Below, in pieces: positions 40,249-50,295 of a DNA stretch of 64,000 nucleotides (its first letter is position 1; every line of letters begins with the position of its first letter). A program made the position numbers and the translations under genes. This DNA comes from Escherichia phage vB_EcoM_G2133. Below the pieces are notes generated by a model. That model searched no databases. It was not told the DNA's origin and saw nothing but the letters and a program-made list of their open reading frames with translations. Where the stretch lies: sequence record MK327928.1; one strand, 5' to 3'.

Positions 40249-41814
40249 ATGACTATCAAAACTAAAGCTGAACTTTTGAACAAATGGAAGCCATTACTGG
40301 AAGGTGAAGGTTTACCGGAAATTGCTAATAGCAAACAAGCGATTATCGCTAAAATCTTTGAAAACCAGGAAAAAGATTTCCAGACAGCTCCGGAATATAA
40401 AGACGAAAAAATTGCTCAGGCATTTGGTTCTTTCTTAACAGAAGCTGAAATCGGCGGTGACCATGGTTACAATGCTACTAACATCGCTGCAGGTCAGACT
40501 TCTGGCGCAGTAACTCAGATTGGCCCAGCTGTTATGGGTATGGTACGTCGTGCTATTCCTAACCTGATTGCTTTCGATATTTGTGGTGTTCAGCCGATGA
40601 ACAGCCCGACTGGCCAGGTATTCGCATTGCGTGCAGTATATGGTAAAGACCCAGTGGCTGCCGGTGCTAAAGAAGCATTCCACCCAATGTATGGTCCAGA
40701 TGCAATGTTCTCTGGTCAGGGTGCTGCTAAGAAATTCCCAGCTCTGGCTGCTAGCACACAAACCGTTGTAGGTGATATCTATACTCACTTCTTCCAGGAA
40801 ACTGGTACCGTGTATCTGCAAGCTTCAGCTGTAGTAACAATCGATGCTGGTGCGACTGATGCTGCTAAATTAGATGCCGAAGTTAAGAAACAAATGGAAG
40901 CTGGTGTACTGGTAGAAATCGCTGAAGGTATGGCTACTTCTATCGCTGAACTTCAGGAAGGTTTCAACGGTTCTACCGATAACCCATGGAATGAAATGGG
41001 CTTCCGTATCGATAAACAAGTTATCGAAGCTAAATCTCGTCAGCTGAAAGCTGCTTACTCTATCGAATTAGCACAAGACCTCCGCGCTGTTCACGGTATG
41101 GATGCTGATGCTGAACTGTCTGGTATTCTGGCTACAGAAATTATGCTGGAAATCAACCGTGAAGTTGTTGATTGGATTAACTACTCAGCTCAGGTTGGTA
41201 AATCTGGTATGACCCTGACTCCGGGTTCTAAAGCTGGTGTATTTGACTTCCAAGACCCAATCGATATTCGTGGTGCTCGCTGGGCAGGTGAATCCTTTAA
41301 AGCTCTGTTGTTCCAGATTGACAAAGAAGCAGTTGAAATTGCTCGTCAGACTGGTCGTGGTGAAGGTAACTTCATTATCGCTTCCCGTAACGTAGTTAAC
41401 GTTCTGGCTTCAGTTGATACCGGCATTTCTTATGCTGCACAGGGTCTGGCTACCGGCTTCAACACTGATACTACCAAGTCAGTATTTGCTGGTGTTCTGG
41501 GTGGTAAATACCGTGTATATATCGACCAGTATGCTAAACAGGATTATTTCACTGTAGGTTATAAAGGTCCGAACGAAATGGATGCTGGTATTTACTATGC
41601 TCCATATGTAGCTCTGACTCCGCTGCGTGGTTCCGATCCGAAGAACTTCCAACCGGTAATGGGATTCAAAACTCGTTACGGTATCGGTATCAACCCATTT
41701 GCAGAATCCGCTGCTCAGGCTCCGGCTTCTCGCATCCAGAGCGGTATGCCTTCTATTCTGAATAGCCTTGGTAAAAACGCTTACTTCCGCCGTGTATATG
41801 TTAAAGGTATCTAA
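40249..41814 (+). CDS. 23: major capsid protein
   Basis: 521 aa; codon usage typical of a highly expressed gene; synteny. Confidence 0.97.
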   Translation: MTIKTKAELLNKWKPLLEGEGLPEIANSKQAIIAKIFENQEKDFQTAPEYKDEKIAQAFGSFLTEAEIGGDHGYNATNIAAGQTSGAVTQIGPAVMGMVRRAIPNLIAFDICGVQPMNSPTGQVFALRAVYGKDPVAAGAKEAFHPMYGPDAMFSGQGAAKKFPALAASTQTVVGDIYTHFFQETGTVYLQASAVVTIDAGATDAAKLDAEVKKQMEAGVLVEIAEGMATSIAELQEGFNGSTDNPWNEMGFRIDKQVIEAKSRQLKAAYSIELAQDLRAVHGMDADAELSGILATEIMLEINREVVDWINYSAQVGKSGMTLTPGSKAGVFDFQDPIDIRGARWAGESFKALLFQIDKEAVEIARQTGRGEGNFIIASRNVVNVLASVDTGISYAAQGLATGFNTDTTKSVFAGVLGGKYRVYIDQYAKQDYFTVGYKGPNEMDAGIYYAPYVALTPLRGSDPKNFQPVMGFKTRYGIGINPFAESAAQAPASRIQSGMPSILNSLGKNAYFRRVYVKGI

Positions 41815-41829
41815 TCTTTGACGATTTAA

Positions 41830-41858
41830 GGGACCTTCGGGTCCCTTTAGTTGTTTTT
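41830..41858 (+). terminator. rho-independent terminator after gene 23
   Basis: UUCG-tetraloop hairpin gggaccttcgggtccc followed by a T-rich run. Confidence 0.6.
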
Positions 41859-41862
41859 ATGG

Positions 41863-41870
41863 TATAAATA
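41863..41870 (+). promoter_or_regulatory. late promoter (TATAAATA) for gene 24
   Basis: Exact TATAAATA about 30 nt upstream of the gene 24 ATG. Confidence 0.6.
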
Positions 41871-41897
41871 AATCATATAAACCAAAAGGAAAGCGCA

Positions 41898-43181
41898 ATG
41901 GCTAAAATCAACGAACTTCTGCGCGAATCAACCACAACGAATAGCAACTCAATCGGTCGCCCAAATCTCGTTGCTTTGACTCGCGCTACCACTAAATTAA
42001 TATATTCTGACATTGTAGCAACGCAAAGAACTAATCAACCTGTTGCTGCTTTTTATGGTATCAAATACCTTAACCCAGACAACGAATTTACATTTAAAAC
42101 TGGTGCTACTTACGCTGGCGAAGCTGGATATGTAGACCGAGAACAAATCACAGAATTAACAGAAGAGTCTAAATTAACTCTCAATAAAGGCGATTTATTC
42201 AAATATAATAATATCGTTTATAAAGTATTAGAAGATACTCCATTCGCTGATATTGAAGAAAGCGACTTAGAGTTAGCTCTTCAGATTGCAATTGTTCTTT
42301 TAAAGGTTCGTCTATTTTCTGACGCAGCGTCAACAAGCAAATTTGAAAGCTCTGATAGTGAAATTGCGGATGCTAGATTTCAGATTAATAAATGGCAAAC
42401 CGCGGTTAAATCTCGTAAACTTAAAACTGGCATCACAGTTGAATTAGCGCAAGATTTAGAAGCAAATGGATTCGATGCTCCTAATTTCTTGGAAGATTTG
42501 CTTGCAACTGAAATGGCAGATGAAATCAATAAAGATATTCTGCAGTCTTTGATTACAGTGTCAAAACGCTATAAAGTTACAGGAATTACTGATAGTGGAT
42601 TCATCGATTTGAGTTATGCATCTGCACCTGAAGCGGGTCGTTCATTATATCGAATGGTATGTGAAATGGTTTCGCATATCCAAAAAGAATCAACTTATAC
42701 AGCAACGTTCTGTGTTGCTTCAGCTCGTGCCGCTGCGATTCTTGCTGCATCAGGTTGGTTAAAATATAAACCAGAAGATGATAAATATCTTTCACAAAAT
42801 GCCTACGGGTTCTTAGCTAATGGTTTACCGCTTTATTGCGATACTAACAGCCCATTAGATTATGTAATCGTTGGTGTAGTAGAAAATATCGGTGAAAAAG
42901 AAATTGTTGGATCAATTTTCTATGCTCCGTATACAGAAGGTCTTGACTTAGATGACCCTGAACATGTAGGTGCATTTAAAGTTGTTGTTGATCCAGAAAG
43001 CTTACAACCGTCTATCGGTTTATTAGTTAGATATGCTTTATCAGCAAATCCTTATACCGTAGCAAAAGATGAAAAAGAAGCAAGAATAATTGATGGTGGA
43101 GACATGGATAAAATGGCGGGTCGTTCAGATTTGTCTGTTTTATTAGGTGTTAAATTACCAAAAATTATTATTGATGAATAA
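41898..43181 (+). CDS. 24: capsid vertex protein
   Basis: 427 aa; synteny. Confidence 0.92.
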   Translation: MAKINELLRESTTTNSNSIGRPNLVALTRATTKLIYSDIVATQRTNQPVAAFYGIKYLNPDNEFTFKTGATYAGEAGYVDREQITELTEESKLTLNKGDLFKYNNIVYKVLEDTPFADIEESDLELALQIAIVLLKVRLFSDAASTSKFESSDSEIADARFQINKWQTAVKSRKLKTGITVELAQDLEANGFDAPNFLEDLLATEMADEINKDILQSLITVSKRYKVTGITDSGFIDLSYASAPEAGRSLYRMVCEMVSHIQKESTYTATFCVASARAAAILAASGWLKYKPEDDKYLSQNAYGFLANGLPLYCDTNSPLDYVIVGVVENIGEKEIVGSIFYAPYTEGLDLDDPEHVGAFKVVVDPESLQPSIGLLVRYALSANPYTVAKDEKEARIIDGGDMDKMAGRSDLSVLLGVKLPKIIIDE

Positions 43182-43186
43182 AACAA

Positions 43187-43209
43187 AGGGACCGAAAGGT
43201 CCCTTTTTA
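43187..43209. terminator. bidirectional terminator between gene 24 and rnlB
   Basis: Palindromic hairpin agggaccgaaaggtccct with T-runs on both sides, between convergent genes. Confidence 0.6.
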
Positions 43210-43210
43210 T

Positions 43211-44218
43211 TTAGCTCACCAACTCAATCCAAGCTGGACGAAGTACATCTTGTACCATTTTAACTAATTCCTTTTTAATCAAAGAAGGATTATCTGCTTG
43301 AGTTAGAGTAATACCTTCACGAGAAGTTTCTTCCAAAATATCTTGAACAGTTAGCCCCATCACCTTTCCAAAATCCTTTGGACCAATTTCGCCAATTTTA
43401 GAAATAACGTTATTTACGCGGTTTAGTGTAACGTAACAAGCTAAAATTCCAACCAATTTGTTATCAGCTTCTGATAGTTCAACTTTAGCTTTAATAGGCT
43501 TATCAGACTTTTTCTTTTCACTAAATTTAGAGTTCTTGCATTTAATCGCTACACGAGCACCGTTTGGCAGCCATTTAGGGAAACAAGGCTTCAGAACATA
43601 ACCTTCTGCAGTATTATCACCAATAACATTAGCATCAAATACACAATTATTTGCTTCGACAAGGTCTTCCGATGCCGTAACGTTATAAGCGGCTAAGACG
43701 GAATCAAGGTCGTTTGGAATCATGATAAGAGCATCAAATGTTCCACGTCCAAGCATTGGTGCCATTTTAAAACCAAACGTATTACAGAAATCTTGCATTT
43801 CGTAATCACTCATGTAATAAGTATCACCGCTTTCCGTGTTTATGATGATATCGAATACATAGAAATCTTTTTCACCGTAGTCAACACCTTTCTGAATTCC
43901 ACCACCAGCGAATTCACCAAAGACTTGATATGTCACCGGCACTGAAGTTGAAATACTGTCCATGACTTCTTGAACGCCTTTAATAGCTTTATCATACTTT
44001 TTGAGTACTATTTCATAGCCATAAAAATCTTCTGCTGGAAGAATAGGGCCAGTACGTTTAGCGCAAGTTACTTTATCACGCTCAATAATCAATGAGAAAT
44101 TTGTACCATGAATCTTTTCACGAGCTACCCACTCCCCACCAGTCAATCCCAAGCTATAAAGTTTTTCAATAAATTTAGAGTTGTAATGATTTTCAAGACT
44201 GCTATACTTTTTAAACAT
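43211..44218 (-). CDS. rnlB: RNA ligase 2
   Basis: Nucleotidyltransferase motif I KIHGTN; synteny downstream of gene 24. Confidence 0.9.
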   Translation of the reverse strand: MFKKYSSLENHYNSKFIEKLYSLGLTGGEWVAREKIHGTNFSLIIERDKVTCAKRTGPILPAEDFYGYEIVLKKYDKAIKGVQEVMDSISTSVPVTYQVFGEFAGGGIQKGVDYGEKDFYVFDIIINTESGDTYYMSDYEMQDFCNTFGFKMAPMLGRGTFDALIMIPNDLDSVLAAYNVTASEDLVEANNCVFDANVIGDNTAEGYVLKPCFPKWLPNGARVAIKCKNSKFSEKKKSDKPIKAKVELSEADNKLVGILACYVTLNRVNNVISKIGEIGPKDFGKVMGLTVQDILEETSREGITLTQADNPSLIKKELVKMVQDVLRPAWIELVS

Positions 44219-44227
44219 AATTAATCC

Positions 44228-44506
44228 TCAAAATGTAATTTCTAACCAATCACCATCACGCTGATCACTATTGACTTTAAAGCTGAATCCTTCTTTTCTC
44301 AGCCAATCACCAATTTCTTCAGTAATCAATTTATCACGAGCAATACAATAATAATTAAAATGTGTTTTACCTTGTTCAGCTGCTTTATTAGCAAGTTCCG
44401 AAAAATCTTTAATAAAACATTCTAGCTTAAACTGTTTACTTTTGAATGCTTTTTCGCGTAATTGATTAGCAAAAGATTCATTTTCATAAAGATCATACTG
44501 TTCCAT
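44228..44506 (-). CDS. hypothetical protein (T4 24.2 position)
   Basis: 92-aa ORF between rnlB and hoc. Confidence 0.5.
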   Translation of the reverse strand: MEQYDLYENESFANQLREKAFKSKQFKLECFIKDFSELANKAAEQGKTHFNYYCIARDKLITEEIGDWLRKEGFSFKVNSDQRDGDWLEITF

Positions 44507-44708
44507 TTTTCACCTTTTTATTGATATGTCTTTTTCTATAGACAACTTTTTCTCGAGTTTCAAATTTATTCTTAGCAGTCATAGCTCGAGCCCATAATAC
44601 AGCCACTTCTTTTGCCTGTAAGTTTAATTCACGAGCAATTTCAATGAATGACTTTCCAGACTCATGAAGAGTAAACACCACAACCTCAGTTCTCATAATC
44701 AATCTCAT
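44493..44708 (-). CDS. small helix-turn-helix-like protein (T4 24.3 position)
   Basis: 71 aa; HTH-like segment SGKSFIEIARELNLQAKEVAVLWARA. Confidence 0.5.
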   Translation of the reverse strand: MRLIMRTEVVVFTLHESGKSFIEIARELNLQAKEVAVLWARAMTAKNKFETREKVVYRKRHINKKVKNGTV

Positions 44709-44777
44709 GTTATCGAGTTGGTGCCATTATATACATCATTTTCTGATTATGTTTTGTGTGCTTTCAAAATGAAGAAA

Positions 44778-44791
44778 GGGGCCGAAGCCCC
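44778..44791 (-). terminator. terminator hairpin downstream of hoc
   Basis: Minus strand GGGGCTTCGGCCCC (UUCG tetraloop) followed by TTTCTTCATTTT. Confidence 0.55.
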
Positions 44792-44797
44792 TTATGA

Positions 44798-46216
44798 TTA
44801 TGGATAGGTATAGATGATACCAGTTTCTAAAGCAGTTTTATGAATGATGTATCCATTACGCGATTCTTGAACATCAACTTCTGGATAGTCTTTCATCATC
44901 TTCTGAAGAGTGTAACGATGCAGGTAGTATTTACTATCTGGATCTTCAGTTTTCCAATCTTTACCTTCTTCAGTCATTTTTTGGATTTCATCCATAACCC
45001 ACCAACCGCACCAGATATAAGCTGAGCTACGATGTGGAAGAGGATGAACATAAGGTAATTCACCTTCTGGTTCCGGAGCAACTTTATCAGTCACTTGAAC
45101 TTGACCTGTGGCTTTAACTGTTTTACTATCATAGTCAGTTGCTGTAACGACAGCAGTAACTTCAATAGTTTGACTTCCAACAGATGAGGTATCAACAGTA
45201 TATACGTTAGTTGACCCTTCCACAGGAGAAGAATCTTTCTTCCATGAGTAAGTAATTTGTGCTGCTTCAGGTGCGCCATTAACATTAGCAGTAAATGTAG
45301 CCGAAGCATCTTGCTGAACATTAATAGAAGGAGGAGTCAATGTAACCTGTGGATTCATTGTCTTCTTATTAACTGTCAATGATACTTCATTGGAAGTAAC
45401 TTCCTTTTCATTATAATTTTCTGCAGTTACTTGGGCTACGCATTTAATTCTTTTTACTCCACTTGTAGTTGGAGTATAGTTAAATGTAGAGTTAGTTTCT
45501 CCACCAACTTGTGAATCATCTACATACCACTGATACGTAGCAGACGCTCCGTCAGGTTGAGAAGCTAATGCAGCAGTAAATTGAACCGGGGTTCCAATTA
45601 CTCCAGCAGCAGGACTAGCAGGAGTTACTGCCAAGGTAGTTGTCTGTGTCTTTTTATTAACTGTCAATGATACTTCATTGGAAGTAACGCTCAGTGCATC
45701 ATAATCTGTCGCAGTTACTTGAGCTACACACTTAATTTTTTTAACTCCGCTTGTAGTAGGAGTATAATTGAATGTAGCAGAAGTTGCTTCGCTCACAGGA
45801 GAACCGTCAACGTACCATTGATACGTAGCAGATGCGCCCGATGGCTGTGAAGCTAAGGCAGCAGTAAATTCAACGGCTGTTCCGATTACTCCTTCTGGAG
45901 GACTATTAGGAGTTACAGCTAAGGTAGTTGTTTGTGTCTTATTTTGAACTGTGATAGTTGTACTAATTTCAGCTGTTTCAGCTTCAGAATCAGGAATAGT
46001 ATTTGTTGCAACTACCTTAATAGTCTTTTGACCAGCAGGTCCTTTTAATACATAATCAAAAGTTGCTGCTGATCCTTCTTGGGGAGCATTATCTACGCTC
46101 CAAGCATAGGTAATAGTTCCACCTCCAGTTTCACCACTGGGTGTAGCAGTAAACTGCTTGGTTTCATCAATAACCCCTGTTGGTGTTTTAGGAGTTATAT
46201 CAACTGTAAAAGCCAT
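44798..46216 (-). CDS. hoc: highly immunogenic outer capsid protein, with an extra duplicated Ig-like domain
   Basis: N-terminus MAFTVDITPKTPTGVIDETKQF and C-terminal capsid-binding region (LPYVHPLPHRSSAYIWCGWW) match T4 Hoc; 472 aa with two ~96-aa Ig-like units in tandem. Confidence 0.92.
   Translation of the reverse strand: MAFTVDITPKTPTGVIDETKQFTATPSGETGGGTITYAWSVDNAPQEGSAATFDYVLKGPAGQKTIKVVATNTIPDSEAETAEISTTITVQNKTQTTTLAVTPNSPPEGVIGTAVEFTAALASQPSGASATYQWYVDGSPVSEATSATFNYTPTTSGVKKIKCVAQVTATDYDALSVTSNEVSLTVNKKTQTTTLAVTPASPAAGVIGTPVQFTAALASQPDGASATYQWYVDDSQVGGETNSTFNYTPTTSGVKRIKCVAQVTAENYNEKEVTSNEVSLTVNKKTMNPQVTLTPPSINVQQDASATFTANVNGAPEAAQITYSWKKDSSPVEGSTNVYTVDTSSVGSQTIEVTAVVTATDYDSKTVKATGQVQVTDKVAPEPEGELPYVHPLPHRSSAYIWCGWWVMDEIQKMTEEGKDWKTEDPDSKYYLHRYTLQKMMKDYPEVDVQESRNGYIIHKTALETGIIYTYP
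45365..45940. repeat. tandem direct repeat (2 x ~288 bp) inside hoc
   Basis: Near-identical blocks, e.g. ttattaactgtcaatgatacttcattggaagtaac at about 45368 and again at about 45655; encode two ~80%-identical Ig-like domains. Confidence 0.85.
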
Positions 46217-46225
46217 AAGTTATCC

Positions 46226-46906
46226 TTATTTTAATGTTACGAAAGAAGAATTGCGTGTTTCACGAATTAAAACTGATCCGTCACGGTTAATGTAATAAAT
46301 TAAGCTAAATAATGTTTGGTGTGCAGAAGCATGCTCAAAACTAGTTGGGTGAGATTTCCAATCCGGAGTTTCAGCGATCCATTGATAAATCCACCAAGGA
46401 ACAGTACAGAATCCTGGATTTTTTCCAATCAGCTGAAGATTCGGACTAAAGTTTTCCGGAAGAGTAAATACAGACGGCTTTTCAGATTCAATAATCTCAG
46501 CTACAGCCTGTTCGAATTTTTCTTCAACAAAAGGAGTATCTTCAATCAAAACGTCAGTATTTTCAGGAATTTTATCCGTTTCTACTACTTCAATTTTAAT
46601 GTCAGATTTAACCGGAGAATCAATCAGAAGTGCTGCTTCTGGATTGACTTCTTCATCGTCATATTTTAACCCTTCTGCGGCATCAGCAGCATTGATTAAG
46701 TCTTTAATAGATAACCCATCAGTCTCTGGCATAGGTTCATTAGCGAGCTTCTGGAGGGCTTCTTCAATATCAATAACGATATTATCAAAAGATTTATTCT
46801 TTTTGACCTTTATACCAAACTGTTCAGCATATTCAGCTAATTTAGCTTTAGCTTCTTTATTATCATCAAGAGCCTTCAGCTCTGCAATATAATCTTTATC
46901 TATCAT
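46226..46906 (-). CDS. inh: inhibitor of prohead protease
   Basis: Acidic 226-aa protein in the T4 inh position (between hoc and segE). Confidence 0.75.
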   Translation of the reverse strand: MIDKDYIAELKALDDNKEAKAKLAEYAEQFGIKVKKNKSFDNIVIDIEEALQKLANEPMPETDGLSIKDLINAADAAEGLKYDDEEVNPEAALLIDSPVKSDIKIEVVETDKIPENTDVLIEDTPFVEEKFEQAVAEIIESEKPSVFTLPENFSPNLQLIGKNPGFCTVPWWIYQWIAETPDWKSHPTSFEHASAHQTLFSLIYYINRDGSVLIRETRNSSFVTLK

Positions 46907-46955
46907 AATATTTCCTCAGTATAAATATAGATATATTTATTACTCGGAAAATAGT

Positions 46956-47573
46956 ATGTACCACTTTGTATATGAAACAACAAATCTAATAAATGGTAAA
47001 AAGTATATAGGAAAACACTCTACTGATGACTTGAATGATGGTTACCTTGGTTCCGGTAAGGCAATTCAGCAGGCTATAAAGAAATATGGTGAAAACAATT
47101 TCTCTAGAACAATACTAAAAGAGTTTAAAACTTCCGAAGAAGCGTACATGTATGAAGAAGAAATTATAACTCCTGAACTAATAAAAAGCAAAAATTATTA
47201 TAATATGAAACCTGGTGGAATTGGTGGAATTGTTATGACTACAGAGGTTATAGCAAAGATGAAAGAATCTTCCGCTAAGAGATTTGAAAACTCACCGGGC
47301 ACGGTATTAGGTACAACTTGTTACACTAATGGAACTAAAAATATTTTTATTAAGCCTGGAGAACTTGTTCCAGAAGGATTTGTAAAAGGGATGGTTCATC
47401 CTAATAGAAAGTCCAGAAAAGGATGTAAAGTCAAACCGACTACCACAGGAACTTTTTGGATCAATAATGGCACAATAAATAAATTAATACAACCAGACGG
47501 TATTATTCCCGACGGATTTATTAAAGGTCGTCTCATGAAAAGAGATTCTAAAGGCAAATTTAGTAAGGCATAA
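46956..47573 (+). CDS. segE: GIY-YIG homing endonuclease
   Basis: GIY-YIG module HFVYETTNLINGKKYIGKHS...GYLGSG; position between inh and uvsW as for T4 segE. Confidence 0.85.
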   Translation: MYHFVYETTNLINGKKYIGKHSTDDLNDGYLGSGKAIQQAIKKYGENNFSRTILKEFKTSEEAYMYEEEIITPELIKSKNYYNMKPGGIGGIVMTTEVIAKMKESSAKRFENSPGTVLGTTCYTNGTKNIFIKPGELVPEGFVKGMVHPNRKSRKGCKVKPTTTGTFWINNGTINKLIQPDGIIPDGFIKGRLMKRDSKGKFSKA

Positions 47574-47575
47574 TT

Positions 47576-49084
47576 ATGGATATTAAAGTACATTTTCACG
47601 ACTTCAGTCATGTACGCATCGATTGTGAAGAGAGCACGTTCCACGAATTAAGAGATTTCTTTTCGTTTGAGGCCGATGGATATAGATTTAACCCTCGCTT
47701 CAGATATGGCAACTGGGATGGACGAATCCGTCTTTTAGATTATAATCGTCTTCTTCCATTCGGCTTAGTCGGGCAAATTAAAAAGTTCTGTGATAACTTT
47801 GGCTATAAAGCCTGGATTGACCCGCAAATTAATGAAAAAGAAGAATTATCAAGAAAAGATTTTGATGAATGGCTTTCTAAATTAGAAATCTATTCAGGAA
47901 ATAAAAGAATTGAACCACACTGGTATCAAAAAGATGCAGTGTTCGAAGGATTAGTTAATCGTCGTAGAATTCTTAATCTTCCAACATCTGCGGGTAAATC
48001 TTTAATTCAAGCTTTGCTTGCGCGATATTATTTGGAAAATTATGAAGGTAAAATTCTTATCATTGTTCCAACAACTGCTCTGACAACTCAGATGGCTGAT
48101 GACTTTGTTGATTATCGTTTATTCAGTCATGCAATGATAAAGAAAATCGGTGGCGGAGCATCAAAAGATGATAAATATAAAAATGATGCACCAGTCGTCG
48201 TTGGTACATGGCAAACTGTAGTAAAACAACCGAAAGAATGGTTCTCACAGTTTGGAATGATGATGAATGATGAATGCCATCTTGCTACAGGAAAAAGTAT
48301 TTCATCTATCATATCAGGTTTAAATAACTGTATGTTTAAATTTGGTCTATCTGGTTCATTACGTGATGGCAAAGCCAATATCATGCAGTATGTTGGAATG
48401 TTTGGTGAAATATTTAAGCCAGTAACGACTTCTAAGTTAATGGAAGATGGACAAGTAACTGAGCTAAAAATTAATAGTATTTTTCTTCGCTATCCCGATG
48501 AGTTCACTACTAAATTAAAGGGAAAAACTTATCAAGAAGAAATAAAAATTATTACTGGGCTTAGTAAAAGAAATAAATGGATCGCTAAATTAGCTATTAA
48601 GCTTGCGCAAAAAGATGAAAACGCTTTTGTCATGTTTAAACATGTATCACATGGTAAAGCTATTTTCGATTTAATTAAAAATGAATACGATAAAGTTTAT
48701 TACGTATCAGGGGAAGTTGATACCGAAACCCGCAATATAATGAAAACCTTAGCTGAAAATGGTAAAGGAATAATTATAGTAGCTAGTTATGGTGTATTTT
48801 CTACTGGTATTTCAGTTAAAAATCTGCATCACGTTGTTTTAGCGCACGGTGTTAAATCAAAAATCATTGTATTACAAACAATAGGTCGCGTATTACGTAA
48901 ACATGGTTCTAAAACAATTGCAACAGTCTGGGATCTTATAGATGACGCAGGCGTCAAGCCAAAATCTGCTAATACGAAAAAGAAATACGTTCATTTGAAC
49001 TATCTTTTAAAACACGGCATTGATCGTATTCAGCGCTACGCAGATGAAAAATTTAATTACGTAATGAAAACAGTTAATTTATAA
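47576..49084 (+). CDS. uvsW: DNA/RNA helicase (recombination and replication)
   Basis: Walker A PTSAGKS and SF2 helicase motifs; synteny. Confidence 0.92.
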   Translation: MDIKVHFHDFSHVRIDCEESTFHELRDFFSFEADGYRFNPRFRYGNWDGRIRLLDYNRLLPFGLVGQIKKFCDNFGYKAWIDPQINEKEELSRKDFDEWLSKLEIYSGNKRIEPHWYQKDAVFEGLVNRRRILNLPTSAGKSLIQALLARYYLENYEGKILIIVPTTALTTQMADDFVDYRLFSHAMIKKIGGGASKDDKYKNDAPVVVGTWQTVVKQPKEWFSQFGMMMNDECHLATGKSISSIISGLNNCMFKFGLSGSLRDGKANIMQYVGMFGEIFKPVTTSKLMEDGQVTELKINSIFLRYPDEFTTKLKGKTYQEEIKIITGLSKRNKWIAKLAIKLAQKDENAFVMFKHVSHGKAIFDLIKNEYDKVYYVSGEVDTETRNIMKTLAENGKGIIIVASYGVFSTGISVKNLHHVVLAHGVKSKIIVLQTIGRVLRKHGSKTIATVWDLIDDAGVKPKSANTKKKYVHLNYLLKHGIDRIQRYADEKFNYVMKTVNL

Positions 49085-49096
49085 GGGCTTCGGCCC
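49085..49096 (+). terminator. hairpin after uvsW (possible terminator)
   Basis: gggcttcggccc UUCG-tetraloop hairpin; short U-tract. Confidence 0.35.
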
Positions 49097-49097
49097 T

Positions 49098-49340
49098 TTG
49101 GAGAAAAAGATGTTACTAGAATTTAAACAATTTCTTTATGAAGCTTCTATTGATGAATTTATGGGTAAAATTGCCTCTTGTCAAACATTAGAAGGTTTAG
49201 AAGAACTTGAAGCTTATTATAAGAAAAGAGTTAAAGAAACTGAATTAAAAGATACTGATGACATCTCTGTGAGAGATGCTTTGGCAGGAAAAAGAGCTGA
49301 ATTAGAAGATTCAGACGATGAAGTAGAAGAAAGCTTTTAA
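49098..49340 (+). CDS. small acidic protein (T4 uvsW.1 position)
   Basis: 80-aa ORF directly after uvsW. Confidence 0.6.
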   Translation: MEKKMLLEFKQFLYEASIDEFMGKIASCQTLEGLEELEAYYKKRVKETELKDTDDISVRDALAGKRAELEDSDDEVEESF

Positions 49341-49395
49341 ATTAAAAAAGGCCCAACCAAAAAGGAAGGGCCAAAACTATAGACTAAAGGTCACA

Positions 49396-49563
49396 CTATA
49401 GCAAAAGTTGTGTTTCATTTAATTGTTCTTCCGAACTTTCTGAAACTGGTAGTTCTTTAATGTAATTATAGCAAGGCCCAGGATGTACAGGACCTTTGTC
49501 TGTTTCAACAACCAATGCAGAATCGATTGGAGTTTTACAGACAACACAAATCTTATCTGACAT
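49396..49563 (-). CDS. small Cys-containing protein (not in the ORF track; T4 uvsY.-1 position)
   Basis: Hand-translated 55 codons from the ATG at 49563 to TAG at 49396: MSDKICVVCKTPIDSALVVETDKGPVHPGPCYNYIKELPV... Confidence 0.4.
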   Translation of the reverse strand: MSDKICVVCKTPIDSALVVETDKGPVHPGPCYNYIKELPVSESSEEQLNETQLLL

Positions 49564-49591
49564 GATTGTCTCCTCTAAATTATATATCTAT

Positions 49592-49816
49592 TTATATAAC
49601 TCTCATATGCATATCAATGCCCATATCTTTGGAATAAAAATATTCATCAAGATATCCAGCAAATTTTCCTTTAACATAAAGTACATCTTCACCGCATGGG
49701 TGGTCGGCCAGGATACGAATATCCTGACGCTTGAGATTATACTTTTTCATTAAGAATTGAATTTCCGTTTCGAATTCTTCTTCATAATTAAAAGCATCAT
49801 CAATGCTATATTTCAT
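49592..49816 (-). CDS. hypothetical protein (T4 uvsY.-2 position)
   Basis: 74-aa ORF immediately downstream of uvsY. Confidence 0.55.
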   Translation of the reverse strand: MKYSIDDAFNYEEEFETEIQFLMKKYNLKRQDIRILADHPCGEDVLYVKGKFAGYLDEYFYSKDMGIDMHMRVI

Positions 49817-50229
49817 TATTTTCCAGCCTCAAATGCTCGCATGTCTTGAATATGCTTAATAGCAAATCCGCGTGATTTAATAGCATCAAGAGCTCCGCTA
49901 CAGAAATCCAATAAAATTCCCCAATATTGTAATGAAGTATCAACTTTTAAAACATCCTTATCAGCTGATAGAACTGTCTTCATTTCTGATTTCTCATAAC
50001 GGTCCATACTAAATTCATCACCATCTCCTCGTCCCGAGTAGTAGTCTAATTTAGCTTTAAGAGCAACTTTTTTCTGTGCATCAATTCTAAGCATTTCCTT
50101 TTTAATACTTGAATGCTTATTGAGCCATTTACTATATAACATCACATTATTAGCTGCTTCATACTGTAATTTAGTCGAATCTATAAACACATCTTTCTTC
50201 AATTCTTCTTGAAGATCTTCTAATCTCAT
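49816..50229 (-). CDS. uvsY: recombination mediator protein
   Basis: MRLEDLQEELKKDVFIDSTKLQYEAANNVMLYSKWLNKH... matches T4 UvsY. Confidence 0.93.
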   Translation of the reverse strand: MRLEDLQEELKKDVFIDSTKLQYEAANNVMLYSKWLNKHSSIKKEMLRIDAQKKVALKAKLDYYSGRGDGDEFSMDRYEKSEMKTVLSADKDVLKVDTSLQYWGILLDFCSGALDAIKSRGFAIKHIQDMRAFEAGK

Positions 50230-50295
50230 ATTGTTCTCTATTCAATTGTTATTGGATGGACTTAGATTCATTATACCACGTTTTAACGTGAAGCA

